In this document: one piece after another, positions 20,350 to 28,585 of the stretch | How the letters are laid out: every line of letters starts with the position of its first letter | How positions within the stretch are numbered: the stretch's first letter is position 1 | Origin: Bdellovibrionota bacterium | GTDB lineage: Bacteria; Bdellovibrionota_G; JALEGL01; DATDPG01 | Length of the DNA: 64,000 nucleotides | Direction of reading: 5' to 3' | Assembly: GCA_963668355.1 (NCBI GenBank) | Contig: OY764265.1 | Span: 2,080,001-2,144,000, forward strand | Notes under the pieces: model-generated | The model's database searches: none | The model's input: only the letters and a program-made list of their open reading frames with translations | Told to the model about the DNA's origin: nothing | Made by a program: the position numbers and the translations under genes

Positions 20350-20550
20350 CTCCAATCTTTGCATTGTATGCGGGCGTAAAGCCCTCTCAACTAATCAAGT
20401 GTAAAGAGATGGCCAGACTGGTACCTGGGTCCCCGCGATCCTCAAGATCTACACACGATCGGTCGCCAGCCGGCTTTCCAGGGAGTTGTTGCAACAACTC
20501 CCTGGAATATCCCTACCAACTCCTTTACATCTGCTTCGTTCGAAGGGATA
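20350..20550 (-). ncRNA. Predicted bridge RNA (5' hairpin, target-binding loop, donor-binding loop); ends approximate
   Basis: Guides TCGTGTGT (20451-58) and GGGGAC (20429-34) match the REP target; TTAGTTG (20388-94) and CATACAA (20364-70) match the donor junction; each pair brackets an internal hairpin; 32-bp perfect palindrome at 20476-20507. Confidence 0.85.
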
Positions 20551-20564
20551 CCCGCACATACAAC

Positions 20565-20620
20565 ACACGACTGTTTCCGATTTCCAAAAGAAAAGGATAG
20601 CGTCGTGTGTCCCCCGATAC
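20565..20620. repeat. Right part of the IS-interrupted REP-like palindrome (left part 19364-19375)
   Basis: Matches the remainder of the intact copy (22447-22502) with one mismatch. Confidence 0.9.
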
Positions 20621-20755
20621 AAAATGGAAGAGGTGTTTCTGCGGAGGTGAACCTTTTTTCATAGACGTCCATTGGATGGGGAAAAATGTTAATGGTCGGG
20701 TGAACATGAAAACGTATAAAACATTGAAATAAAAATGAATATTTCAAATTTAATT

Positions 20756-20771
20756 TGGCACGACGCTTGCT
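20756..20771 (+). promoter_or_regulatory. Sigma-54 promoter (consensus)
   Basis: TGGCACGACGCTTGCT; IHF-like TAAaacaTTGAAAT at 20717-20730. Confidence 0.8.
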
Positions 20772-20793
20772 TTTATAAACATGCGAGGGGTGT

Positions 20794-22140
20794 ATGAAAC
20801 GGGGCAAGCCTATCTATCTTTTATTGGTTCTTTGTCTCTTCGTCGGATGCGGAGAGTCTGTTCTTTCTGGGGCAGATTTAGGTCTCAATGATTTGGGGTT
20901 TTCTCAGGATGGTTTTTCTGAAGATGGTGACTCGGGCGATGGAAGCTCCGGGGGGAGTTCGAGCGGGGGTGCAGTGGATACCTGCGGTGACGGTGTCCTT
21001 GATTCGGCATCGGAGGATTGTGAACCTGCTTTGGGCGTGAGCCAAACCTGTGAACATGTGGGTTTGGAGAATGGTACGCTTTCCTGCTCGGCAAGTTGCA
21101 CGTTCGATACGAGTCAATGCATACAACCGTCGACGACAGTAACAATTACTACCGTTGATGGAACGTTCACTCATGGGAACAACGTCTCCATCGTTGGGTC
21201 GGGATTTGGATCGAAGATCACGGCTCGGCCACATACTTATGACGCTTTTGATGATGGCATCGTGGCGGATCGATGGCATTGGGAATATGGATTGAGGGCT
21301 TTTGATAATCTTTTCTCCGATGTCACGACAACACTGCGTACGCCATTTTCTGTCAAAAATGCTCGCATCCGAACGGACACGGAATGGAATGAATTGGGTG
21401 GAGGTATGTCAGATACAGCCACGTTTTTTGCCACGCATGACGCACCTTTTACCTCGGCTCGATGGTTTAGTTCGATGTGGGTTAAGTTTTCGGAAGGCTT
21501 CTTCTTTGAGGCTGACTCGGATGGAGTCTGGGGAAATGTGAAAATTTTTCGCAACGGAGGTAATGATGGAAGTCGGGCCAATCAATATGTTTCCATCAAT
21601 CAGAACTTTTGGGGTTTGGCGATTGAATATTCTGAATCAGGTCAACAGAATTTGTATGCCTACGATGGCCCCAGGCCTTCCGATATGGATCTCTCTATTT
21701 GGCATCATTTTCAGTATGAGTTTCAAGAGAACTCGGGCAACGGAGTCGCCGATGGAAAGATGAAATTCAGCATAGACGGCCAAGTAATTGTAGAGCGTTC
21801 CGATGTGGTCACACGTACGGATGAACATCCGGGCCTCAAGCACACATTTATTCCAGCCGGATTTCAAACCGTGCGAGAAGCGCAAGCTGACGGTGAGTAC
21901 ATGCTTTTTGATGAAGTCTATGTCGATTCAAGTGTGGCTCGTGTGGCCATTTGTGATCGGGAAAGTTGGGAAACGGTCGAAACGATTGGGGGACATTGTG
22001 AATTGCAAATTCCAACGGTATGGTCGAATGGTTCAATTTCGTTCGCGGTAAACCAGGGTTCTTTACCAAATGGCACAGCTTACCTATTTGTCATAAATGA
22101 CCGAGGCGTTACGAGTTTAGGCAAAGAAATTAATTTTTAG
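20794..22140 (+). CDS. Lipoprotein with Myxococcus-type cysteine-rich repeat and ConA-like domain (paralog 3 of 3)
   Basis: Lipobox FVGC; CGDGVLD..EDCE repeat; GFGSK and YVDSSVARVAIC..CELQIPTVW motifs. Confidence 0.7.
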   Translation: MKRGKPIYLLLVLCLFVGCGESVLSGADLGLNDLGFSQDGFSEDGDSGDGSSGGSSSGGAVDTCGDGVLDSASEDCEPALGVSQTCEHVGLENGTLSCSASCTFDTSQCIQPSTTVTITTVDGTFTHGNNVSIVGSGFGSKITARPHTYDAFDDGIVADRWHWEYGLRAFDNLFSDVTTTLRTPFSVKNARIRTDTEWNELGGGMSDTATFFATHDAPFTSARWFSSMWVKFSEGFFFEADSDGVWGNVKIFRNGGNDGSRANQYVSINQNFWGLAIEYSESGQQNLYAYDGPRPSDMDLSIWHHFQYEFQENSGNGVADGKMKFSIDGQVIVERSDVVTRTDEHPGLKHTFIPAGFQTVREAQADGEYMLFDEVYVDSSVARVAICDRESWETVETIGGHCELQIPTVWSNGSISFAVNQGSLPNGTAYLFVINDRGVTSLGKEINF

Positions 22141-22436
22141 GAACTTGGAGACACCATGCTTAATTACTCACCGAGCAAATAAGTATCGAGAAGGGATGAA
22201 GTGGCCGGCTTCATCTCCAACGCGATCGCTGTTAGCGTCGCAAAATCCATAAATAATGACGTACTTTGTGTGAAGCACAGAAAGGAAACCGGCCATGCAA
22301 CATATAGCGATAGACTTAGGGGCAAGCAAGTCCCAGATATATGTACGAGATATTCAGGGGAAAGTCATAGAAGAGAAGCGTTTGGAGACGGCGAAGCTTT
22401 GAGCGTACTTGAAAAAGCCGTCAAAATCGGGGCCAA

Positions 22437-22500
22437 ATCGGGGGACACACGACTGTTTCCGATTTCCTAAAGAAAAGGATAGCGTCGTGTGTCCCCCGAT
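22437..22500. repeat. Intact REP-like palindrome: 17-bp perfect inverted arms, 30-nt spacer
   Basis: ATCGGGGGACACACGAC (22437-53) / GTCGTGTGTCCCCCGAT (22484-500). Confidence 0.9.
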
Positions 22501-22940
22501 ACACGATTCCTAGATTCTTGGGGAGTGGGCTTTGGCTTTATTGCTTTTTTGAGAGGCTTTCCTCTAAAAAGAAATAAATGTTTCTTGTCCTTTTCGAGTC
22601 CCTCCAAGAAAAAAGAAAACGAACAGTATGTTATTTGCTTATACATTGGACCTCGATACTTCACACGGAGGTCAATTGTGTTCTCCTTCAAATTATGGGA
22701 ATAAAAATAATACCTTGAGTTGCAAGATGCTCCTGGAACTCGGTCTATGATCGTGACGATAAACTGACCACTCTTCCATTTTTCGGAAAGTATGAATGGA
22801 AAACTGCTGCGATCTGCCTTGTAATATTCCGGGTTCGCCGTTGAAGTTATCTTGAAATCTACGATCTCCGGCTCGGCACGCACCGAAAAGCTCGACATTG
22901 TCACAACACAAACAAAAAAAGTTAAGAACGCTCTCAACAC
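22467..22940 (-). CDS. Hypothetical secreted protein; C-terminus runs into the REP
   Basis: Signal peptide ending SVRA; TAGTCT -10-like box 6 nt before the GTG. Confidence 0.55.
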   Translation of the reverse strand: MLRAFLTFFVCVVTMSSFSVRAEPEIVDFKITSTANPEYYKADRSSFPFILSEKWKSGQFIVTIIDRVPGASCNSRYYFYSHNLKENTIDLRVKYRGPMYKQITYCSFSFFLEGLEKDKKHLFLFRGKPLKKAIKPKPTPQESRNRVSGDTRRYPFL

Positions 22941-23255
22941 AAAACGAGACTATCCTACCGAACCGCCCTTCGTCCTTCTTTATATTCTTCCCATGAGGAA
23001 AAGCCTGGGATTTGAACAGTTCGCTGTCCCCAGATTTTAATTGATGAAATTTGAGGGAGAGGCAACCGGTTGGCTCGAACTTTTCGGTGTCGCAGCGAAC
23101 CTGAAGTTTTATGAAAACTTGAGCCGAGGGGGAACCCAGCGGAGCTGGGTCCGAAGCGAAATCCCTACAGGTCTACAAACGATAGTTTGTGAACCCTCGA
23201 ATTTGATTATGAATTTCCTTGGGTCGTGTTGGCCCGAAGGGCCCGAAATGAAAAA

Positions 23256-23276
23256 TGGCGCGGCGGACGGGACTCG
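23256..23276 (-). repeat. 21-bp duplicate of the tRNA-Asp 3' end (att-like)
   Basis: TGGCGCGGCGGACGGGACTCG identical to 23528-23548. Confidence 0.85.
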
Positions 23277-23527
23277 GTCAGGTTTGCGATCTCGCTTTGC
23301 GAGCTTACAAACCTGACATAACGGACTCTAGAACCTTACGGTTCAAGACTCCGTAAAACCCGAGTCGTTCGGTGCTACTTCAAAAAGAAGCTTTGTGAAT
23401 TATTTCTTGGCTAGCAATATGAAAGGGAGCGAGGGCTAGGACAAGTCTACGCACCTCTCTACCTTGGGTTCTTAGGCATCAGATGAAGGGGAGGTGTATC
23501 TCATTTGGGGTGCACGGGTAGGTTAAT

Positions 23528-23604
<77 letters not shown>

Positions 23605-23726
23605 GCAATGACGTTCTCTTTAACGAGCGGGCCTTTTATCACAACTTGGCTTAAGGTCAAACCCAATTTAAGGCCCTGAAATTTTTGAGGAAAAGCCCTC
23701 AGAAAGCCAGTTTCCTGTTCGTATGT

Positions 23727-25802
23727 TTAAAATTCGATGCGAGCACTTCCGTAAAAGGTTCTCCCTGGGCCTCCGGGGATTTCGTCCTGAATGACCCCTC
23801 GTATGTATTCAGGATATCCATATTGGTCATCCAGAAGGTTTTTCACACTGAAAGCCAAGCGAATATGTTTGTAAGGAAAATATGAAATTTGGGCGTTCAC
23901 CAAATAGTAGGCTGCCGGTCGGGTGTTTGAGGAGGAGCGATCGCCAACATATTGTCCGTTCAATCCCAAATGGAATTTTTTCGTAAAGGCATAGGAGCCG
24001 CCGATATTGGAAAGATAACTGGCGAAGTAGTGAGGAGAGTCATCTTGGTTTTTGTATGAGAAATTCCAGAAAAGGTTCAACTTTCGCGTGGGTTTGATGC
24101 GAACATCAAGTTCAATTCCTTGAATTCGAAATCCGTTTACATTGGAGTAACTGGGGGTGTCTTGCGTGTTTCCCAAAGAGGAGCCCGCAGGAATCGTTCG
24201 GGATCGTTCAATCAAGTCGTCAGTATAGAGAATGAAGTAGCCCAGACTGGCGAGGAATCCTTTTTGGTGCCATTCGAAGGCGAAGTCAAGATTGTTAATG
24301 GTTTCAGGAGAGAGGCCTCCTTCATCCGTTGTGTTTCCTAAGGTATAGGAGAGGTCTCCTCCATACAAAACATTATTGGTGTCGACTCGTTTTTCAAAAA
24401 ACGTGGGGCCTCGAAAAGCTCTGCCAAACAACGCTTTTGCGGTGAGTTTTTCTGTGATTGAAAAAACCATTCCGGCGTTGGTGGCCAGAAAACTTCCATA
24501 ATCCGAATTGTATTGGACGCGTAGACCCGAGCTTAAAGTCCACCATTGCAGAGGTTTAAACTGAACGTTTGTGAAAAAAGCCGTGTCGTAGGAGCTGGGT
24601 TGGTCTAGAAATGCCGAGGAGTTTGTGTCGATTGCGCCTGCCGAAGTTGTGGCGGAGTCTTCGGTGTAGCGAAATTCGTAAGCTTCTGACTTCAAATAAT
24701 CCAGGAGGGCTCCCGCAATGAGTTTGATTTTATTGTCCAAAAAACGCCCATCGTAGTTAAGCTCAACTCCGGTCTTGTGGCTCAAATAATTTTGTTTCAT
24801 TTCATGGGCAGACGAGGCCCCGAAAGAAGTGTGTTGAGCAATGAGCTCATTTTTTTCATATCCATCATGTCGCACACTGAATTTGAAAACGTGATTTTCC
24901 GTGAAACGCAGATTGTAATTCAAGTCCAAGAGCCATCCTCGAAACTGCCGAGGACCTGTAGATTCAACGGTTGGAATGAGTCCAAATTTATCCTTTTTCT
25001 CACGAAAAAAACCAAAGTTAAAAGACCAGTCGTTGAATTTCAGTCCTCCATATAGCGAGTCATAGTCGTTCTCAAAATCGAAGAAATCCTGCGACGCTTG
25101 GGCCGAAGTGTTGGTCACGCCATTCTCATCGATAGACGGATAATAAGGATAACCATTGGTGTTTTGGTGGGCGCCGAATAGAAAATATTTGAGGTCTCCT
25201 TCGCTCCCAGAAATCCCAAACCTCAATTCGTTATGCCAGTAAGATCCTCCCAGCAGGCCCACCTCTCCGCTTACGATGTCCGTGGGTTCTTTGGTAATGA
25301 CGTTGATCACTCCGGCGTAAGCATTCGTTCCATATAAAGTAGAGGAGGGGCCTCGGACCACTTCAACACGCTCAATGGCGGATTGAGGAATTTGATTCAG
25401 GAGATAACTGCCCATGGTTGGGACGTAGAGGGGATGGCCATTTACCATAAACAAGGTCTTGTTATTGTAATGGGGTTGCATCAAGCCACGGAACGTTAGA
25501 GAGCGATATCCGAAATAGGTTTCAATCAATTCAATTCCCGGAAGGAAGGATAGGCGCTCGTATAGCGTGAAAGGTTCAACTTCGGAAAGATCTTCTTGTG
25601 TTAGCACACTGACCATGGCTGGCGTGTCTGAGACTTTTTCTTTTTGTTTGGAAGGCGTCACAATCGTTGAGTTGAGGAGATCCTCCATGGTCATCTCGGA
25701 GATTGCCTGTTCTTTTTGAGTGGGATCTATTTTTTCTTGAGCGAGGCTTAAGCAAGGAGGCAAAAGGATGGTGGTTAGAAGTACAAAAAGAAAGGAGTGC
25801 AT
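23727..25802 (-). CDS. TonB-dependent outer-membrane receptor
   Basis: Start MHSF with GGAGG SD; plug motif IERVEVVRGPSSTLYG..GVINVIT; C-terminal aromatic (IEF). Confidence 0.92.
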   Translation of the reverse strand: MHSFLFVLLTTILLPPCLSLAQEKIDPTQKEQAISEMTMEDLLNSTIVTPSKQKEKVSDTPAMVSVLTQEDLSEVEPFTLYERLSFLPGIELIETYFGYRSLTFRGLMQPHYNNKTLFMVNGHPLYVPTMGSYLLNQIPQSAIERVEVVRGPSSTLYGTNAYAGVINVITKEPTDIVSGEVGLLGGSYWHNELRFGISGSEGDLKYFLFGAHQNTNGYPYYPSIDENGVTNTSAQASQDFFDFENDYDSLYGGLKFNDWSFNFGFFREKKDKFGLIPTVESTGPRQFRGWLLDLNYNLRFTENHVFKFSVRHDGYEKNELIAQHTSFGASSAHEMKQNYLSHKTGVELNYDGRFLDNKIKLIAGALLDYLKSEAYEFRYTEDSATTSAGAIDTNSSAFLDQPSSYDTAFFTNVQFKPLQWWTLSSGLRVQYNSDYGSFLATNAGMVFSITEKLTAKALFGRAFRGPTFFEKRVDTNNVLYGGDLSYTLGNTTDEGGLSPETINNLDFAFEWHQKGFLASLGYFILYTDDLIERSRTIPAGSSLGNTQDTPSYSNVNGFRIQGIELDVRIKPTRKLNLFWNFSYKNQDDSPHYFASYLSNIGGSYAFTKKFHLGLNGQYVGDRSSSNTRPAAYYLVNAQISYFPYKHIRLAFSVKNLLDDQYGYPEYIRGVIQDEIPGGPGRTFYGSARIEF

Positions 25803-25907
25803 GGTGAACCTCCGAATTTTGCAGTTTTGTCTCACCCCAAAAAGAGTTTTAAAATGTTATGGAGCAGTTGGCAAAAAAAACAATAATTTTATATGTTTAG
25901 CAAGAGT

Positions 25908-26771
25908 TTACGGATGGGTCGATGTGATTTCGCAGGAAAGGGCCCATTTCCCAGGGGGTTCTGCTTCATAGGTGCATCCTTCTACGGGTCCTTGGATAAG
26001 CGGGTGGTTGTCACGATCCACCAATCTTGCGGAAACCTCAGCGGTTCCGTCCGGGTGAAGACGTGCAACCACGCGCTCATCACTCCCCCCTTTGGCTCCA
26101 ACGATTACGGATCTTTGTGCCTCCCGAACACGCAGATCTCGAAAGAGCCTCTTCCCGCTATGGCCTTGCATTGAGAAGGTCATGGCGAGAGATTCGGTTG
26201 AGTCGGAAGAGTTCGAATCTTTTTCGTCATCTTCCTTTTCCTTTTTTGTGAGTTCAAAAGAATAGGTGATGAGGCAGTTGGCCTTGGACTCAACTTGTTG
26301 ACCTTTGGCGGCGACCATGATGGAACCTGTTCCTTTTCCATCCGGTGAGAATATCCCTGTGGCTGTGGTTGGGGCCGGGGTGGTTACGCCCTCTTCAATT
26401 TCGAAATTGAATTCTCCGGCGAGGCCGAAAGATCCGTCTCGATCAATGTAGCCACGGTAGGTGCTACCATCCACCCACTTGCATTCAAAGGAACCGTCGT
26501 CTTGTTCGCAGGGAACTTCCAACACATCATCTTCCAAAGCTTCAATCGCGTCATACTTGGATGTGGATCGACAATTGAGCTGCCCATACCAAATTTTGAG
26601 TTTAAAAAGGCCGCTCAGTTCATTTCCCCGTGCCGTGCCCGCTCTTTGGGAAATGGTTGTGGCGTTGTTCTTAATGAGGGTGAGTCGTTTGTCGAGCGTA
26701 CTGATGCCTTGGCTGCATCCCAGCAACGATAGGGCAAAAGCAAAGACAAAAATGGACACAAGGCACTTCAC
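25908..26771 (-). CDS. Hypothetical lipoprotein
   Basis: Lipobox LLGC; TTGAAG-17-TATTAG promoter 6 nt upstream of the GTG. Confidence 0.65.
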   Translation of the reverse strand: MKCLVSIFVFAFALSLLGCSQGISTLDKRLTLIKNNATTISQRAGTARGNELSGLFKLKIWYGQLNCRSTSKYDAIEALEDDVLEVPCEQDDGSFECKWVDGSTYRGYIDRDGSFGLAGEFNFEIEEGVTTPAPTTATGIFSPDGKGTGSIMVAAKGQQVESKANCLITYSFELTKKEKEDDEKDSNSSDSTESLAMTFSMQGHSGKRLFRDLRVREAQRSVIVGAKGGSDERVVARLHPDGTAEVSARLVDRDNHPLIQGPVEGCTYEAEPPGKWALSCEITSTHP

Positions 26772-26986
26772 AACGTCCTAATAACACAACGCGTTAAGTT
26801 CTTCAATTAGGATTTATGTGGAGGTTTTTCTTCCGCAAAGAATTGGAAGGTAACTTCCTAAAAATAAAGGGAAAAAATGTGTTTTAGGAGAATGCGAATT
26901 GGCGCGAGGCGTTGGGTTGTGGTAAGGGTTTTTTTTGGAGGCGAGATATGCGCAATGCGAAAGCTCATGTTTGGTATTTGGATTCC

Positions 26987-27466
26987 ATGGTAGCCAAATT
27001 ATTTTTAATCCTTTCGGCTTTCTTGGTGATGGCCAATTCGGTTTTGGCCGCACCGATACGTCCCATGGATTTGGTGGGAACCTATGAGGGCGTTCGAGAG
27101 TCTTCTGTTCCTCAGAACGCGGATCCGCTCCACCGTGATCGATACCGTCAGAACCGATTGAAGAAGGCGTCTTTGACCATCTCTGTGGTGAAAGAGGGTT
27201 TTCTTCTTTTGGCATTTTTCTCCGGAACGAGTGCTCGGGATCCATATAAAGGGGAGGGGTTGAGCGTGGTTGTTTCTGCGTCGAAACTTTCTTCCCTATT
27301 GGAGGATTGTGGGAAGTTACGCACGTTTGAAACCGACCGAGGAGATCTTACCCTTTCTCTGGATGATGAGTCCTGCCTTCTTTCTTTTGTGGAAATGGAT
27401 AAGAATGGTTTTGGCGGACAACCTCGCTTCAAAGATCGAATGGTTCAAATTCGAAGAGTTAAATAA
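26987..27466 (+). CDS. Hypothetical secreted protein
   Basis: Signal peptide MVAKLFLILSAFLVMANSVLA. Confidence 0.55.
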   Translation: MVAKLFLILSAFLVMANSVLAAPIRPMDLVGTYEGVRESSVPQNADPLHRDRYRQNRLKKASLTISVVKEGFLLLAFFSGTSARDPYKGEGLSVVVSASKLSSLLEDCGKLRTFETDRGDLTLSLDDESCLLSFVEMDKNGFGGQPRFKDRMVQIRRVK

Positions 27467-27471
27467 TCGGA

Positions 27472-28455
27472 TTAATACAATTTGCAGGTGTATTCGTTCG
27501 AGCGGTTTCGCTCACAGTCTGCAATTATTCCTTTTTTAGGCGATGAGACTTCAATGAATTGCTTGTTTACGAATATTTCGAAGGGATCTTCCAAAATTTG
27601 AATTTCGTACGTCGTTCCAAGGTCATCTCGGTAAACGGAAACGGTTTCTTTCATGCGATTCACTTCTTGGGCGAATTCTTCCGGGAGCGTGACCTCCGCA
27701 CCCGCCGAGGTTGCAATGGTGAGTAAAAGGGCTGCAGCCCCAGCTGTGGAGAACTGCTCCCAGCAAAATGGACCTTCAGCGTACTTCAAAGCGCAATACC
27801 CAACGCCCGTAGCTACGGTTAGGCCGATGGCCCAAGCGGGGGTGTCTGGGTGAGAAAGAATGCCCTCCACGGTCTGTAAGATTTTTTCAACATTTTCTCG
27901 AATCGGGTGCGTTTGATGAAGCGGACCTTCAATCGAGATCGTAGGAATGGGTTGGTAAAAAAGAAGCGAAATCCAACTGGGTTTGGGATTCAAAAAATGA
28001 AAGGCTTGGGGAATGGGGGGGCAATATCGAAGATTACTTTCGGGAAGGCAATCCAGGGAATACCAAAGTTTTACAGGCGTGCATCGGTGAGGGAAGTTTC
28101 CTGCATTTTGACTGGCGAAGAATCTCCATCGGTCAAACATTGTTTCCCCATCCCCCACATGCATGCCTTCATTCAGACAATGGGTTCGACAATAGCCTTC
28201 ATGAGCATTCTGACAAACGGGTTCGCTGGGATAGATGGGTTCGGAAATATACCCGGCAAATTGTTTATTTGAGAAAGCGATACGTGAAAAATCCAGTTGC
28301 GTCCCTAAGTTTAAGTTGGCTTTGCACTGACAAACAGCAAAGTAATTTACAGGAGAATGGGGTGGCGCGGTGGTGGTTGCCTCGGCTCGAGAGCAAAAAA
28401 GGAGGGCAAATATTCCTCCACACAAAATTATGGCAACCCACTGCATCGCTTTCAT
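27472..28455 (-). CDS. Hypothetical secreted Cys-rich protein with internal hydrophobic hairpin
   Basis: Start MKAMQW with GGGGA SD; signal peptide ending AEA; many Cys. Confidence 0.55.
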   Translation of the reverse strand: MKAMQWVAIILCGGIFALLFCSRAEATTTAPPHSPVNYFAVCQCKANLNLGTQLDFSRIAFSNKQFAGYISEPIYPSEPVCQNAHEGYCRTHCLNEGMHVGDGETMFDRWRFFASQNAGNFPHRCTPVKLWYSLDCLPESNLRYCPPIPQAFHFLNPKPSWISLLFYQPIPTISIEGPLHQTHPIRENVEKILQTVEGILSHPDTPAWAIGLTVATGVGYCALKYAEGPFCWEQFSTAGAAALLLTIATSAGAEVTLPEEFAQEVNRMKETVSVYRDDLGTTYEIQILEDPFEIFVNKQFIEVSSPKKGIIADCERNRSNEYTCKLY

Positions 28456-28585
28456 AAGATATTCCCCGGTCGCAATGACCAAAGACCTTATTACTTAAAA
28501 TGACATATGGCGTCAAGTCGGTTGGGGGAGTTTTTTTTCAGTAAGTATTTGAAACTGCGCCAAAAATTTCTTTTTTGATCGAAAG

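Larger units (their letters stand above)
19376..20564 (-). mobile_element. Complete IS110-family element inserted into a REP-like palindrome at an AC (GT on minus) core
   Basis: Removing 19376-20564 restores AAATCGGGGGAC|ACACGACTGTTTCC..., identical except for 1 nt to the intact copy at 22435-22502; no terminal inverted repeats. Confidence 0.9.

Noticed and set aside
20319..20807. Short ORFs of 60-121 aa
   Set aside because: Overlap the bridge RNA, REP and sigma-54 promoter; better explained as non-coding
22201..22470. 89-aa ORF
   Set aside because: No recognisable motif, ends in the REP; possibly a degraded fragment but not supportable
19364..22502. Possible CRISPR array from the repeated palindrome
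   Set aside because: Only two copies, about 1.9 kb apart; no regular spacers and no cas genes
23041..23316. 91-aa ORF
   Set aside because: Runs across hairpins and the tRNA 3' duplicate; no protein features
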